Shown: positions 1 through 8,928, counted from the first letter of the stretch. The stretch: DNA of 54,595 nt from Minisyncoccota bacterium (GCA_041658985.1 JBAZZC010000005.1:1-54595), one strand, 5' to 3'. Notes: a model not told the origin generated them from the letters alone. Made by a program: numbers and translations.

Positions 1-870
1 TGTTGCATTATCTGGCCCGTTGTTAGTTAGAGCTATTGTATATGTAACCGTATCACCCACATTAGCAGTAGCTTTGTCAGATGTCTTTGAGATAGAGAGG
101 TTGGCAGTTGGAGAGGCACCATTAACAGTTGTTGTGGCAGTTGAGGTGTTGTTCGTTGGAGTCGGGTCATACTGAGTTGATGTTGCAACAGATGTGTTTA
201 ATATAACTTGTCCCTCGTTTCCACTTTTTATTTGAGCAACTAAATTTAGAGTTGCTGATGAAGCATTGTTTAAATTACCAACAAACCATTGGCCAGTAGT
301 TGTTGAATAAGTACCAAAGGAAGACGCACCAAGAAAATTAAGTTTATTAGACAAAACATCAGTAACTACCACGTTAGTAGCATTATCTGGTCCGTTGTTT
401 GTCACAGTAATCGTATATGTTATCGTATCAAGGACATTAGCCACAGTTTTGTCTACTGTCTTTGAGACAGATAGGTTGGCAGTTGGAGTTGATGCCGGTA
501 CTGTAATATTCACCGTAGAAGTATTATTCCCGGGTGTAGGGTCTGTTTGTGTGGCTGTTGTTGATGCTGTGTTTGGTATGGTTTGTCCTTGAGTACCGGG
601 TTTAACTGTGGTAACCAAAGTCATGGTTGTGGATGAAGCATTGTTTAAGTTACCAACAGTCCAAATATTTGTTGATGTAGCGTATGTTCCCACTGATGTT
701 GTGACCGAAACAAAGTTTAATCTTGAATCTAATACATCTGTAACTATTACTCCTGTTGCATTATCTGGCCCGTTGTTAGTTAGAGCTATTGTATATGTAA
801 CCGTATCACCCACATTAGCAGTAGCTTTGTCAGATGTCTTTGAGATAGAGAGGTTGGCAGTTGGAGAGGC
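1..870. repeat. Long-period direct repeat inside the surface-protein gene: nt 1-117 are identical to nt 754-870 (offset 753 nt = 251 codons). A diverged middle copy lies near 380-500.
   Basis: Direct comparison of the printed sequence. The string tgttgcattatctggcccgttgttagttagagctattgtatatgtaaccgtatcacccacattagcagtagctttgtcagatgtctttgagatagagaggttggcagttggagaggc occurs at both positions. These are DUF11-type repeat units. Confidence 0.9.
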
Positions 871-2580
871 TACTAAAGTAAATGTTGCAGTACAAGTCTT
901 GTTACTATTCATGGTCACTTGTCCACTTGTATTACAGTCACCACTCCAGCCCGTGAAAGTTGAACCAGTGTTGGCAGTAGCTGTGGCCGTGACAACAGTT
1001 CCTGAATTATATGTTCCTGCTCCTGTTGTTATTCCTGAACCATTACCTGAAGTAAAAATTGTTAAAACATAAGTATTGGGAATATTTAAAGTAAATGTTG
1101 CAGTACAAGTTTTATTTGCATTCATTGTTACTTGTCCACCAACACCACAATCACCACTCCAACCAGCAAAAGTTGAACCGGTATTAGCCGAAGCACCAGC
1201 AGTAACCACTTGTCCGTAACTATATGTTCCTGCCCCCGTGACTGTTCCTGAACCGTTACCTACCTTATTAAGAGTAAGTGTGTAAGTGTTAAGTGTAAAT
1301 GTTGCAGTACAAATCTTGTCACTATTCATAGTCACTTGTCCACTTGCATTACAATCACCACTCCAGCCTGTGAAAGTTGAACCAGTGTTGGCTGAAGCAC
1401 CGGCGGTAACCACTTGTCCGTAACTATATGTTCCTGCCCCCGTGACTGTTCCTGAACCGTTACCAGTTGTATTGATAGTTAGTGTATAAGTATTTAAAAT
1501 AAAGTTTGCTGTACAAGTCTTATTACGATTCATTGTCACCTGAATGCTTGCATTCGTCCCGGAACAATCTCCTGACCAGCCTGTGAATGTTGAACCTGTG
1601 TTGGCACTGGCAGTTGCTGTGACGGTTTGTCCAGAATTATATATTCCTGCTCCTGTTGTTGTTCCTGAACCATTACCTGAGGTGTTAAGCGTCAGAGTGT
1701 AGGTTACAATCGGTAAAACTGTAATAGATTTTGTACAGGGTTGACCAAACCAAGTCACGTTTTCTCGTAACATTTTCCAGTCAAAACTGTATGTACCGGG
1801 AGTATTCGGAACAGTAAATGTCTTACTAAATACAGCGCTTTGTCCTGTCGGAACAGAACTAGGTAGAGACAATCTTCCAGTACCCCATCTTAAATTATTT
1901 TCTGGACTTTGAGAACCCAACTTATATCCACCACTAGATGTCCAAGTATTAGCACCAATATTTTTCATCACAATGGTACCTGTAAACGTCTGACCAACAG
2001 AAATAGTTGATGGAGCAGAAATAGATATACATTGTGAATCATATTCAGTTGGAGAAGGTGGGGGTGTTACATCAGGACAATCAACGCCATAATCAATCAC
2101 TATTGCGAAAAATAAATATGAATCATTATACGAAGAATATCTTTCGTCTATAAAACTTCCGTCTATCTGAACACGGCCACAAGACCTTTGTCTCGTGTCA
2201 TAACTAAAACTAAACGAGCCAGATTCTACTGGATTTTTATAATCAACCTTACCAGAAGCAGGAACAGAAAATCCATGTCTGGTTGTTGCTGCGGTACCAG
2301 CTTCTTCATCCCACGCCCCAATTGTTACTACATGCATAGCACCAGGGCCATTGTGGGTTAAACTAACGTTCCAATTAAAAATCTTATCCCCATTTGTTTT
2401 TACATTGTAAGTACCAAATATATTATCCCCAGTAATCGTATAATCAATATTTTGTCTTGGTGGGTCTATGGTTTCAGCATTAACACTTACAAACCCAGAA
2501 ACAAAAAATATGCTTAAAAACAAAGACAAAAAGAAGCCGAGGTGTTTAATATAAGTTAATTTATTTTTGCCTTTACTCAT
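1..2580 (-). CDS. Secreted repeat-rich surface protein, N-terminal 860 codons (ORF runs off the left edge). Contains a signal peptide, an NBR1-like Ig domain, four InlB-B-repeat-like GWSGDC modules and at least three DUF11-type repeats.
   Basis: Absent from the supplied track because no stop codon lies in the window. Manual reverse translation from the ATG at 2580-2578 gives [40 protein letters not shown] (signal peptide). nt 1800-1741 give [20 protein letters not shown]. nt 1320-1261 give [20 protein letters not shown]. nt 60-1 give [20 protein letters not shown] (DUF11 signature). The frame is consistent from 2580 to nt 1, and no stop-bounded minus ORFs are listed in 1-2877. Confidence 0.8.
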   Translation of the reverse strand, partial: MSKGKNKLTYIKHLGFFLSLFLSIFFVSGFVSVNAETIDPPRQNIDYTITGDNIFGTYNVKTNGDKIFNWNVSLTHNGPGAMHVVTIGAWDEEAGTAATTRHGFSVPASGKVDYKNPVESGSFSFSYDTRQRSCGRVQIDGSFIDERYSSYNDSYLFFAIVIDYGVDCPDVTPPPSPTEYDSQCISISAPSTISVGQTFTGTIVMKNIGANTWTSSGGYKLGSQSPENNLRWGTGRLSLPSSVPTGQSAVFSKTFTVPNTPGTYSFDWKMLRENVTWFGQPCTKSITVLPIVTYTLTLNTSGNGSGTTTGAGIYNSGQTVTATASANTGSTFTGWSGDCSGTNASIQVTMNRNKTCTANFILNTYTLTINTTGNGSGTVTGAGTYSYGQVVTAGASANTGSTFTGWSGDCNASGQVTMNSDKICTATFTLNTYTLTLNKVGNGSGTVTGAGTYSYGQVVTAGASANTGSTFAGWSGDCGVGGQVTMNANKTCTATFTLNIPNTYVLTIFTSGNGSGITTGAGTYNSGTVVTATATANTGSTFTGWSGDCNTSGQVTMNSNKTCTATFTLVASPTANLSISKTSDKATANVGDTVTYTIALTNNGPDNATGVIVTDVLDSRLNFVSVTTSVGTYATSTNIWTVGNLNNASSTTMTLVTTVKPGTQGQTIPNTASTTATQTDPTPGNNTSTVNITVPASTPTANLSVSKTVDKTVANVLDTITYTITVTNNGPDNATNVVVTDVLSNKLNFLGASSFGTYSTTTGQWFVGNLNNASSATLNLVAQIKSGNEGQVILNTSVATSTQYDPTPTNNTSTATTTVNGASPTANLSISKTSDKATANVGDTVTYTIALTNNGPDNAT
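878..1715. repeat. Four tandem units of 204-213 nt encoding InlB-B-repeat-like modules (about 68-70 aa each).
   Basis: The marker gtaaatgttgcagtacaa recurs at 878, 1091 and 1295, with a diverged copy near 1499. There is long near-identity between about 1153-1260 and about 1360-1470. Confidence 0.75.
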
Positions 2581-2686
2581 GTACTTTAATATGACGAAAA
2601 GGATACATTTTTGTTACAAAATTGTCAATAGCAGAAAAAAATCATTCTGTATAAAAAACCCCCATATAGAGCCATATTTAATTATT

Positions 2687-2810
2687 ATGTCCTTTAAACA
2701 AAAAAAACTTTTCTAGATTTATGTTTTACTTTGAAAAATATGTCTTATTTAAAAAGCTTAGGTAAAGGACATTCCAAACATGTTCTAAGAGACACGTCCT
2801 TTAGGACATG
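2687..2810. promoter_or_regulatory. Candidate operator sites (ATGTCCTTTA half-site, three occurrences) in the divergent surface-protein/valS promoter region.
   Basis: ATGTCCTTTA is at 2687-2696 and its reverse complement TAAAGGACAT at 2763-2772. A compact imperfect palindrome GTCCTTTAGGACATG is at 2796-2810. Confidence 0.3.
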
Positions 2811-2877
2811 TGGGTAACCTTTCTGTCGTTAATCTAAGAACCTACCACTAAAAACTCACTTATGATATTCTAATTAA

Positions 2878-5013
2878 ATGCGAGATATATTTTTATCCCC
2901 ATATAATCCAAAAGAAACGGAAGAGAGAATTTATAAACTTTGGGAAGAAAGTGGTTTTTTTAATCCGGAAAAAATTCCTGGGACACAGAGTGATTCTTTC
3001 ACAATAATAATGCCCCCAACAAATGCTAATGGTTCCCTACATGCCGGTCATGGTCTTGTTATGACTGTTGAGGACATAATGACTCGCTACAAAAGAATGC
3101 AAGGTTTCAAAACGTTATGGCTTCCGGGACTTGACCATGCGGGGTTTGAAACTCAGGTTGTCTATGAAAAAAAACTGGAAAAAGAAGGCAAGTCTAGATT
3201 TGAAATTGAACCAAAACAACTGTACAGAGATATTTTAAACTTTACTTTGGCTAATTCAGAAAACATCAAGTCCCAAGTCAGAAAAATGGGCGCTTCTTGC
3301 GATTGGTCACGGGAAAAATTCACTCTTGATAAAGATATTATAAAAACAGTTTACAAAACTTTCAAAAAACTTTATGACGATGGTTTGGTATACCGAGGAA
3401 ACAGAATTGTCAGCTGGTGTACAAAACATCAAACATCATTTTCCGACCTTGAGATTGTTGATGAAGAACGTGTTGAAAAATTTTATTATCTAAAATATGG
3501 ACCATTCACCATATCTACTTCCCGACCAGAAACAAAATTCGGCGACAAATACGTCGTTATGCACCCCGACGACAAAAGATACACAAACTACAGGCATGGT
3601 CAGAAAATTGAATTAGAGTGGATTAACGGACCGATTACCACAACTGTAATAAAAGACTCGGCAATTGATATGGAGTTTGGTACTGGTGTGATGACTATAA
3701 CTCCGTGGCATGATGTTGCCGATTTTGAGATTGCCGAGAGACACAACCTGGACAAAGAACAAATTATTGATGAGAACGGGAAACTTTTGCCTATTGCCGG
3801 AGAATTTACTGGTCTTCACATAAAAAAAGCCAGAGATTTAATAATTGAAAAACTTCAGAAAAAAGGTTTAGTGGAAAAAATTGATGATAATTATAAACAT
3901 GTGGTTAGAACATGCTACAAATGTGGAACAATCATTGAACCACAAATTAAAAGCCAGTGGTTCGTAAGGATGAAGCCTTTAGCCGAGAAAGCTCTAGAAA
4001 AAATTGAGGGTGGAGAGATAAAATATATTCCAGAACATTATAAGAAGATAACTACCCACTGGCTCACGAATATTATGGATTGGAATATTTCCCGACAAAT
4101 CGTCTGGGGTATACCTATTCCAGCAAAAATCTGTACTAAATGTGATGAGGGAATGGTTGACATTGAAAACAAAATAACAAAATGCAGTAAGTGTGGTGGG
4201 GAGGTAATGCAAGATAAGGATACGTTTGATACATGGTTTTCGTCTGGTCAGTGGCCATTTGTCGTGTTGGGCTATCCTGATTCAAATGATTTTAAACAAT
4301 TTTATCCTACTGATGTTTTAGAAACCGCTGGGGAAATAATATTTTTTTGGGTAGCAAGAATGATTATGCTTGGGCTTTATATTACAGGAAAAATTCCTTT
4401 CAAAACGGTTTATCTCCATGGTTTAGTTTTGGATGCTAAGGGCCAGAAAATGAGCAAGAGTAAGGGCAATGTTATTGACCCCATGATACTTACGGAAAAG
4501 TTTGGAACAGACGCTTTTAGAATGGGCCTGGTTGTTGGAAACACACCTGGGACATCCCTGGCCCTATCAGAAGACAAGATAAAAGCCTATAAACATTTTG
4601 CCAACAAGATTTGGAATGTAGCTAGATTTGTTTTATCAAATACAGAAATTAGTGACCAGAAAAAACCAGAATATATTTCCGAACAAGATAAAACTTTAAT
4701 CTCTGAACTGGATGAATTAACTAAAAATATCACTTCAGACATGGACAACTACCGATTCTATTTGGTAGCCGAAAAGCTTTACCACTATGTTTGGCACGAC
4801 TTTGCTGATAAAATAATAGAAGAGTCAAAAACGAAGCTTAAAAATGAGAACCCTGGGGTGGTAACTTCTATAAAATACACCCTCAGACACATCCTAAGAA
4901 CATCATTAATCTTACTTCATCCATTTATGCCATTTATAACAGAAGAAATTTGGCTAAACATAAAAAACGATGATGAGAATCTACTCTTGGTCACCGGTTG
5001 GCCAATTAAATAA
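2878..5013 (+). CDS. valS: Valine--tRNA ligase (short form, 711 aa)
   Basis: Class I motifs are present: PPTNANGSLHAGHGL (HIGH-type) and GQKMSKSKGN (KMSKS). Editing-domain signatures are STSRPETKFGD and GTGVMTITPWHD. Also present is DTFDTWFSSGQWPF. The protein ends soon after the anticodon-binding region, with no long C-terminal coiled coil. Confidence 0.9.
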   Translation: MRDIFLSPYNPKETEERIYKLWEESGFFNPEKIPGTQSDSFTIIMPPTNANGSLHAGHGLVMTVEDIMTRYKRMQGFKTLWLPGLDHAGFETQVVYEKKLEKEGKSRFEIEPKQLYRDILNFTLANSENIKSQVRKMGASCDWSREKFTLDKDIIKTVYKTFKKLYDDGLVYRGNRIVSWCTKHQTSFSDLEIVDEERVEKFYYLKYGPFTISTSRPETKFGDKYVVMHPDDKRYTNYRHGQKIELEWINGPITTTVIKDSAIDMEFGTGVMTITPWHDVADFEIAERHNLDKEQIIDENGKLLPIAGEFTGLHIKKARDLIIEKLQKKGLVEKIDDNYKHVVRTCYKCGTIIEPQIKSQWFVRMKPLAEKALEKIEGGEIKYIPEHYKKITTHWLTNIMDWNISRQIVWGIPIPAKICTKCDEGMVDIENKITKCSKCGGEVMQDKDTFDTWFSSGQWPFVVLGYPDSNDFKQFYPTDVLETAGEIIFFWVARMIMLGLYITGKIPFKTVYLHGLVLDAKGQKMSKSKGNVIDPMILTEKFGTDAFRMGLVVGNTPGTSLALSEDKIKAYKHFANKIWNVARFVLSNTEISDQKKPEYISEQDKTLISELDELTKNITSDMDNYRFYLVAEKLYHYVWHDFADKIIEESKTKLKNENPGVVTSIKYTLRHILRTSLILLHPFMPFITEEIWLNIKNDDENLLLVTGWPIK

Positions 5014-5016
5014 TAT

Positions 5017-5754
5017 ATGACATTAGATTCTATATTAAACCTGACCCAAAAGTATCCCTTTGTCTTATCTTTCTTTTTAGGTTTGTTACCTGCCTTAATC
5101 TGGCTCTGGTTTTGGTTAAAAGAAGATACTCATCCCGAACCAGCCAAAATGGTTACCTTATCATTTTTTGGTGGAATGGTGGCTGTTGTTTTTGTTTTAC
5201 CTCTTCAGAAGATTGTCTATGACTACATACAAAATCAAGAAATTCTGTCTTTTACTCTTTGGGCTGGAATTGAGGAAATATTAAAATTTGGGTTTGTTTA
5301 TTTTATAGCTCTTAGAAACAAGAAGGTGACGGATGAACCAGTGGATGACATCATTTATCTTATTGTATCGGCGTTAGGATTTGTCACTTTTGAAAACACC
5401 CTATTTTTAATACCATCAGTAGCTAATGGAAACTTTTTAAACGTAATAATTCATGGTAATTTGCGTTTTGTCGGTGCGTCACTTTTGCACATCATGTCCT
5501 CCGGTGCTGTGGGTATATGTATGGCCTTAGCTTTTTATAAGTCACAAACCAAAAAAATGCTTCATGTTATTAGTGGGTTAGCTATTGCTATTGTATTGCA
5601 TACTTCATTTAATTTACTTATAATTAGTGGAGCAGAAAAAAATAATTTACTTATATTTGGATTGGTCTGGGTTGGTATTATTGGATTACTCTTGATGTTT
5701 GAGAGAGTCAAACATATTAAAGAAACACCAAACCTTGATAATCCTCAAAATTAA
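5017..5754 (+). CDS. PrsW-family intramembrane protease-like membrane protein
   Basis: Polytopic membrane protein with an EExxK-type motif (WAGIEEILKFGF), FENTLF, and His motifs (LLHIMSSG, VLHTSFNLL), as in the PrsW family. Confidence 0.65.
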   Translation: MTLDSILNLTQKYPFVLSFFLGLLPALIWLWFWLKEDTHPEPAKMVTLSFFGGMVAVVFVLPLQKIVYDYIQNQEILSFTLWAGIEEILKFGFVYFIALRNKKVTDEPVDDIIYLIVSALGFVTFENTLFLIPSVANGNFLNVIIHGNLRFVGASLLHIMSSGAVGICMALAFYKSQTKKMLHVISGLAIAIVLHTSFNLLIISGAEKNNLLIFGLVWVGIIGLLLMFERVKHIKETPNLDNPQN

Positions 5755-5758
5755 CTAC

Positions 5759-5893
5759 ATCCGAACACCAAATTTGGCATCGTTGCAATGTGTTTTCGAA
5801 AAATGTTTATTTAATTACCAAATGATTATATAATGTTATGTATTAGATATTTTACAAGCAACAAAAACGCAATGCCAAAATTGGTGTGCGGAT
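5759..5893. repeat. 135-bp inverted-repeat element, copy A (family ATCCGnACACyAAwTTyTGGCAT...)
   Basis: The left arm atccgaacaccaaatttggcatcgttgc (5759-5786) pairs with the right arm gcaatgccaaaattggtgtgcggat (5869-5893). It is homologous over its whole length to copy B at 11628-11764. It lies between the prsW-like stop and the hsp20 start. Confidence 0.8.
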
Positions 5894-5905
5894 AAAACAA
5901 AAATT

Positions 5906-6379
5906 ATGAAAGATAATAGATCGTTTTTTGAAAAACTGACTGGAAGTATGAGAATGGATGATGCTCCAGAGACAGAAAAAGATGAGGTTTTAGAAAAAAC
6001 TCTTAGTAAAACTGATTCTAATGGTGAACCATTGTCTGATGATGAAGCTGAAGAAGGACAGCTTACCGTAGATATGTATCAAAGCCCAACAGAAATTATT
6101 ATCAAAAGTATGGTGGCCGGAGTAAAACCGGAAGATTTGGATATTGCTATAACTCGCGATATGGTTACCATAAAAGGTAAAAGAGAAGCAGAGAGATTTG
6201 TTAAAGATGAGGACTATTATCACCAAGAACTTTACTGGGGGTCTTTCTCTAGAACTATTATGTTACCGGCCGAAATTGAAGTGGAAGAGGCTGATGCAAT
6301 AGAAAAACACGGACTTTTAATCATACGATTGCCAAAAATTGATAAAAATAGACAAACCCGACTGAAAGTTAAGGGATAA
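5906..6379 (+). CDS. Hsp20/alpha-crystallin family small heat-shock protein
   Basis: The alpha-crystallin domain pattern is LTVDMYQSPTEIIIKSMVAGVKPEDLDIAITRDMVTIKGKRE...GSFSRTIMLPAEIEVEEADAIEKHGLLIIRLPK. Confidence 0.9.
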   Translation: MKDNRSFFEKLTGSMRMDDAPETEKDEVLEKTLSKTDSNGEPLSDDEAEEGQLTVDMYQSPTEIIIKSMVAGVKPEDLDIAITRDMVTIKGKREAERFVKDEDYYHQELYWGSFSRTIMLPAEIEVEEADAIEKHGLLIIRLPKIDKNRQTRLKVKG

Positions 6380-6412
6380 AAACAAACCACCTCTAATTGG
6401 GTGGTTTGTTTT
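6380..6412. terminator. Bidirectional rho-independent terminator hairpin between hsp20 and tRNA-Phe
   Basis: aaacaaaccacc (6380-6391) pairs with ggtggtttgttt (6400-6411), with A-run and T-run flanks. Confidence 0.7.
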
Positions 6413-6413
6413 A

Positions 6414-6489
6414 TGGTGCCGAGGGGCGGGCTCGAACCGCCGACTTTTTCCTCTTCAGGGAAACACTCTACCAACTGAGTTACCTCGGC
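6414..6489 (-). tRNA. tRNA-Phe (anticodon GAA), CCA encoded
   Basis: Manual cloverleaf: GCCGAGG-TA-ACTC-AGTTGGTA-GAGT-G-TTTCC-CTGAAGA-GGAAA-AAGTC-GGCGG-TTCGAGC-CCGCC-CCTCGGC-A-CCA. All four stems are Watson-Crick paired. Confidence 0.95.
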
Positions 6490-6529
6490 ATAAATCCCAT
6501 ATTAACATATTTCTCCTTGAGATAAATTT

Positions 6530-6805
6530 TTACAAACCATTGAGTAAATCTCTCAGACCACTCATATCACCACCACCCCCGAGACCACTTTTTGCACCCC
6601 CATATATACCCATAAGTGTCTCTAGATAGGGCTGAACGAGGTATAAGGCTCCCACAGCTGAACCTATAATTACTGCCCAGTAGATTATACTCATAATACG
6701 CCCCAGACGCATGGAGCGACGCATAGAGCGTAATATATCATTGTTCTCTTCTGCAAGCTGTACGCTTCTTTTTAAAAGTTCTTTTTCTTCAGGGGACATA
6801 AACAA
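6530..6805 (-). CDS. Small membrane protein, unknown function
   Basis: 91-aa ORF with an N-terminal charged helix, one TM segment (IMSIIYWAVIIGSAVGALYLV) and a Gly-rich tail. Confidence 0.5.
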   Translation of the reverse strand: MFMSPEEKELLKRSVQLAEENNDILRSMRRSMRLGRIMSIIYWAVIIGSAVGALYLVQPYLETLMGIYGGAKSGLGGGGDMSGLRDLLNGL

Positions 6806-6827
6806 AGTGTACCAAAATAAGACTAAA

Positions 6828-6874
6828 AAATCAAAAAATCACCCCTTATTTTACTTGGAGTGATTTTTTGATTT
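6828..6874. terminator. Hairpin terminator downstream of the 6894-7577 gene
   Basis: aaatcaaaaaatcac (6828-6842) pairs with gtgattttttgattt (6860-6874), a perfect stem of about 15 bp. Confidence 0.65.
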
Positions 6875-6893
6875 ACTCTTTGATTATCACCTA

Positions 6894-7577
6894 TTAGCTT
6901 GTGCGAAATGTTCCAGGCCATGTGATACTTTCATTACCTGAACCATCTTTTACATACACAACATAATAATATGTCGTATTTGGACTTAGTGAAGTAATAG
7001 TTGCTGAATGCATTGAACGCAAATCGGTGTGAACTAAGAGACTAGAACCTCCAATAGTTACTCCAGACGTAGCGCTTGCTTCTAACATGTACAGAGGTGA
7101 GGTGCTGTAATAAATTATTGCAGCTGAATTCTCGCTTGTATTCCAGCTAAACGTAGCTGATGTATTTGAAGTACTAAGAACTAATGCACTGATTGTTGGA
7201 GCATAATTATCATAACCGATAGGACTACTGCCGTTCATCTGATTATTTATTGCCGCCATTGTCACTGGACCAACTCGTCCAACATTACTAATTCCATTTC
7301 TTACTTGAAAATTTGAGACTGCCGCTTTAGTCAAGAAACCGAAATATCCAGTAACAAGACCTTGTGGGTAAATTGTTACATCTTGTGCTAAGAATGTCTG
7401 AAGTGAAGAAACATCATCGCCCCTCATTCCAAGTTCCAACTGACGAGTCAATGTTGCAGCATTAGCTGTAAAAGCCAAACCAAACATTAGAAGAGAAACT
7501 ACTCCCACTATCGATAAAGTTAATACTCGAGTTAACAAAGAAGATCTAGGAGATTTTACGATTGTAATTGATTTCAT
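6894..7577 (-). CDS. Membrane-anchored peptidoglycan-binding domain protein with a C-terminal FN3-like domain
   Basis: An N-terminal TM segment is followed by a PG_binding_1-like region: MRGDDVSSLQTFLAQDVTIYPQGLVTGYFGFLTKAAVSNFQVRNGI. The C-terminus is FN3-like: TSATFSWNTSENSAAIIYY...LSPNTTYYYVVYVKDGSGNE. Confidence 0.65.
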   Translation of the reverse strand: MKSITIVKSPRSSLLTRVLTLSIVGVVSLLMFGLAFTANAATLTRQLELGMRGDDVSSLQTFLAQDVTIYPQGLVTGYFGFLTKAAVSNFQVRNGISNVGRVGPVTMAAINNQMNGSSPIGYDNYAPTISALVLSTSNTSATFSWNTSENSAAIIYYSTSPLYMLEASATSGVTIGGSSLLVHTDLRSMHSATITSLSPNTTYYYVVYVKDGSGNESITWPGTFRTS

Positions 7578-7683
7578 ATATTTTTATTTATTTGATTAAT
7601 TAATTTTTGAATTGATAATAAACACTCGACCTTCTTGTTTTTTCCTATATCATAGATGCCGTTTTGAAACAGAAATATTACAC

Positions 7684-8271
7684 TTATTCAATTTGTTTCT
7701 TTTTTAATTGGCTAATTTCTTTCTCTAGTTTTTCTATGTTTACCTGCAATTTTTGAGTCTTCTCGGCGTTTTTTGCCGCAAGTTCTTTTACATGAACAGC
7801 CAGAGTCTCGGCAACCACCATCATATCGGTTATATCTTCAATGGCTAAAAGTATAATTGACGGAAAGTGTTTGGAATAAAGATCTTCTTTTAGATGAATC
7901 TGGCGTGCATTCAAAATCATCACCTTGTGACCAATAAAAGGAAAATCGTGTGTAACTTCAAAACCCTTAAAAAAGGTGTTTTTTGGCAAAATATCCTCCA
8001 AGAGCTTTCTTAAGGCAGGTATATCCCACTGACCATTACCTAATTCATAAATAATTTTTTTCTCAGTATCTGCCTGTTCAACTTGAAATGTTCTATAAAA
8101 GAACTCATTTGCGGCCATCACCCGAAAATCTTTATCTAAAATTAAAATCGGCTCACGTACAATATCTACAACTGTTTTAATATATGTCCAGCTGGTTTCC
8201 CAAACACGTCCACCAAAAATCCATCCTGCTACAGATTTGGATTTTGGTGCTGAAAAATCTGAGTTTTCCAT
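7684..8271 (-). CDS. PAS-domain protein with a C-terminal coiled coil
   Basis: The PAS-like core is ILILDKDFRVMAANEFFYRTFQVEQADTEKKIIYELGNGQWD...HKVMILNARQI, followed by the heptad-rich EKTQKLQVNIEKLEKEISQLKKK. Confidence 0.55.
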   Translation of the reverse strand: MENSDFSAPKSKSVAGWIFGGRVWETSWTYIKTVVDIVREPILILDKDFRVMAANEFFYRTFQVEQADTEKKIIYELGNGQWDIPALRKLLEDILPKNTFFKGFEVTHDFPFIGHKVMILNARQIHLKEDLYSKHFPSIILLAIEDITDMMVVAETLAVHVKELAAKNAEKTQKLQVNIEKLEKEISQLKKKQIE

Positions 8272-8402
8272 AAATTATTTATAAGTTAATTATTTCTAAT
8301 AAATTACATGTTACTAAAATATTAAGACGAGAAAAGGACCAAAATGTTACAGTCAGAAAAACACCCTTTTATAAGAGAAAAAACCATCAAAATAAAACCT
8401 TG

Positions 8403-8474
8403 TGCCCTCGCCAGGAATCGGACCTGGAACAGATCATTAGGACTGACCCGTTATATCCATTTAACTACGAGAGC
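8403..8474 (-). tRNA. tRNA-Arg (anticodon CCU), CCA not encoded, atypical T-loop
   Basis: Manual fold: GCTCTCG-TA-GTTA-AATGGATA-TAAC-G-GGTCA-GTCCTAA-TGATC-TGTT-CCAGG-TCCGATT-CCTGG-CGAGGGC-A. The stems pair, with one G-U in the acceptor stem and one in the anticodon stem. Position 32 is G and position 55 is C, both unusual. Confidence 0.7.
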
Positions 8475-8611
8475 CGAACACCTCACAAAAAACAGATTAA
8501 ATTGCCTCAGATGCTAGGCGCAGGAAATTTTGTGAGTGAGCCGTACTAGACGTACGGTGAACGAGCAAAATTGAACTGCAACAACGCAGATGAGGTAATT
8601 TTATTTGTTTT

Positions 8612-8848
8612 TTATTTTATTCCAAGTAACTGTGCCAACCTAGACCTATCAAAACCGACCACCACATCTTTATCAATAATAATAACCGGCACACCAAGCT
8701 GTCCTGATTTTTCCATCATCTCTCGCCTTCTTTCCATATCACCGGCCACATCATAGGCTTCATACTTTATTTTATGTTCGTCAAAATACTCTTTTGCTAA
8801 ACGGCAATAATGACATGTTGGTGTAGAATATATAGTGACCTTCTTCAT
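8612..8848 (-). CDS. Glutaredoxin-like protein (NrdH/YruB type)
   Basis: 78 aa with a CxxC motif in VTIYSTPTCHYCRLAKEYF, plus GQLGVPVIIID. Confidence 0.85.
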   Translation of the reverse strand: MKKVTIYSTPTCHYCRLAKEYFDEHKIKYEAYDVAGDMERRREMMEKSGQLGVPVIIIDKDVVVGFDRSRLAQLLGIK

Positions 8849-8928
8849 GTGTGATTTGGTTATTTATTAATGTTTGAAAAGTATACCTAATAATTTGTGG
8901 TCAAGCAACATATATTAATTTCTAATTT

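Noticed and set aside
395-1072. Plus-strand ORFs 395-592 and 608-1072 (Val-rich translations).
   Set aside because: They are antisense shadows of the minus-strand repeat protein, whose translation shows a signal peptide and recognisable DUF11 / InlB-B-repeat motifs. Their Val-rich, low-complexity composition is typical of the reverse frame of Thr/Asn-rich repeats.
1-2580. Possibility that the near-identical repeats are a diversity-generating retroelement TR/VR pair.
   Set aside because: There is no reverse transcriptase in the window. The repeat copies are perfectly identical over 117 nt rather than differing at adenines. Both copies lie inside the same in-frame repeat protein.
2581-2877. 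T-box riboswitch upstream of valS.
   Set aside because: I could not find the conserved T-box sequence (AAnnnGGGTGGTACCGCG-like) or a specifier-loop arrangement. The leader instead shows short DNA-type palindromes.
6232-6474. 80-aa minus-strand ORF.
   Set aside because: It overlaps the clearly folded tRNA-Phe and the hsp20 terminator, so it is spurious.
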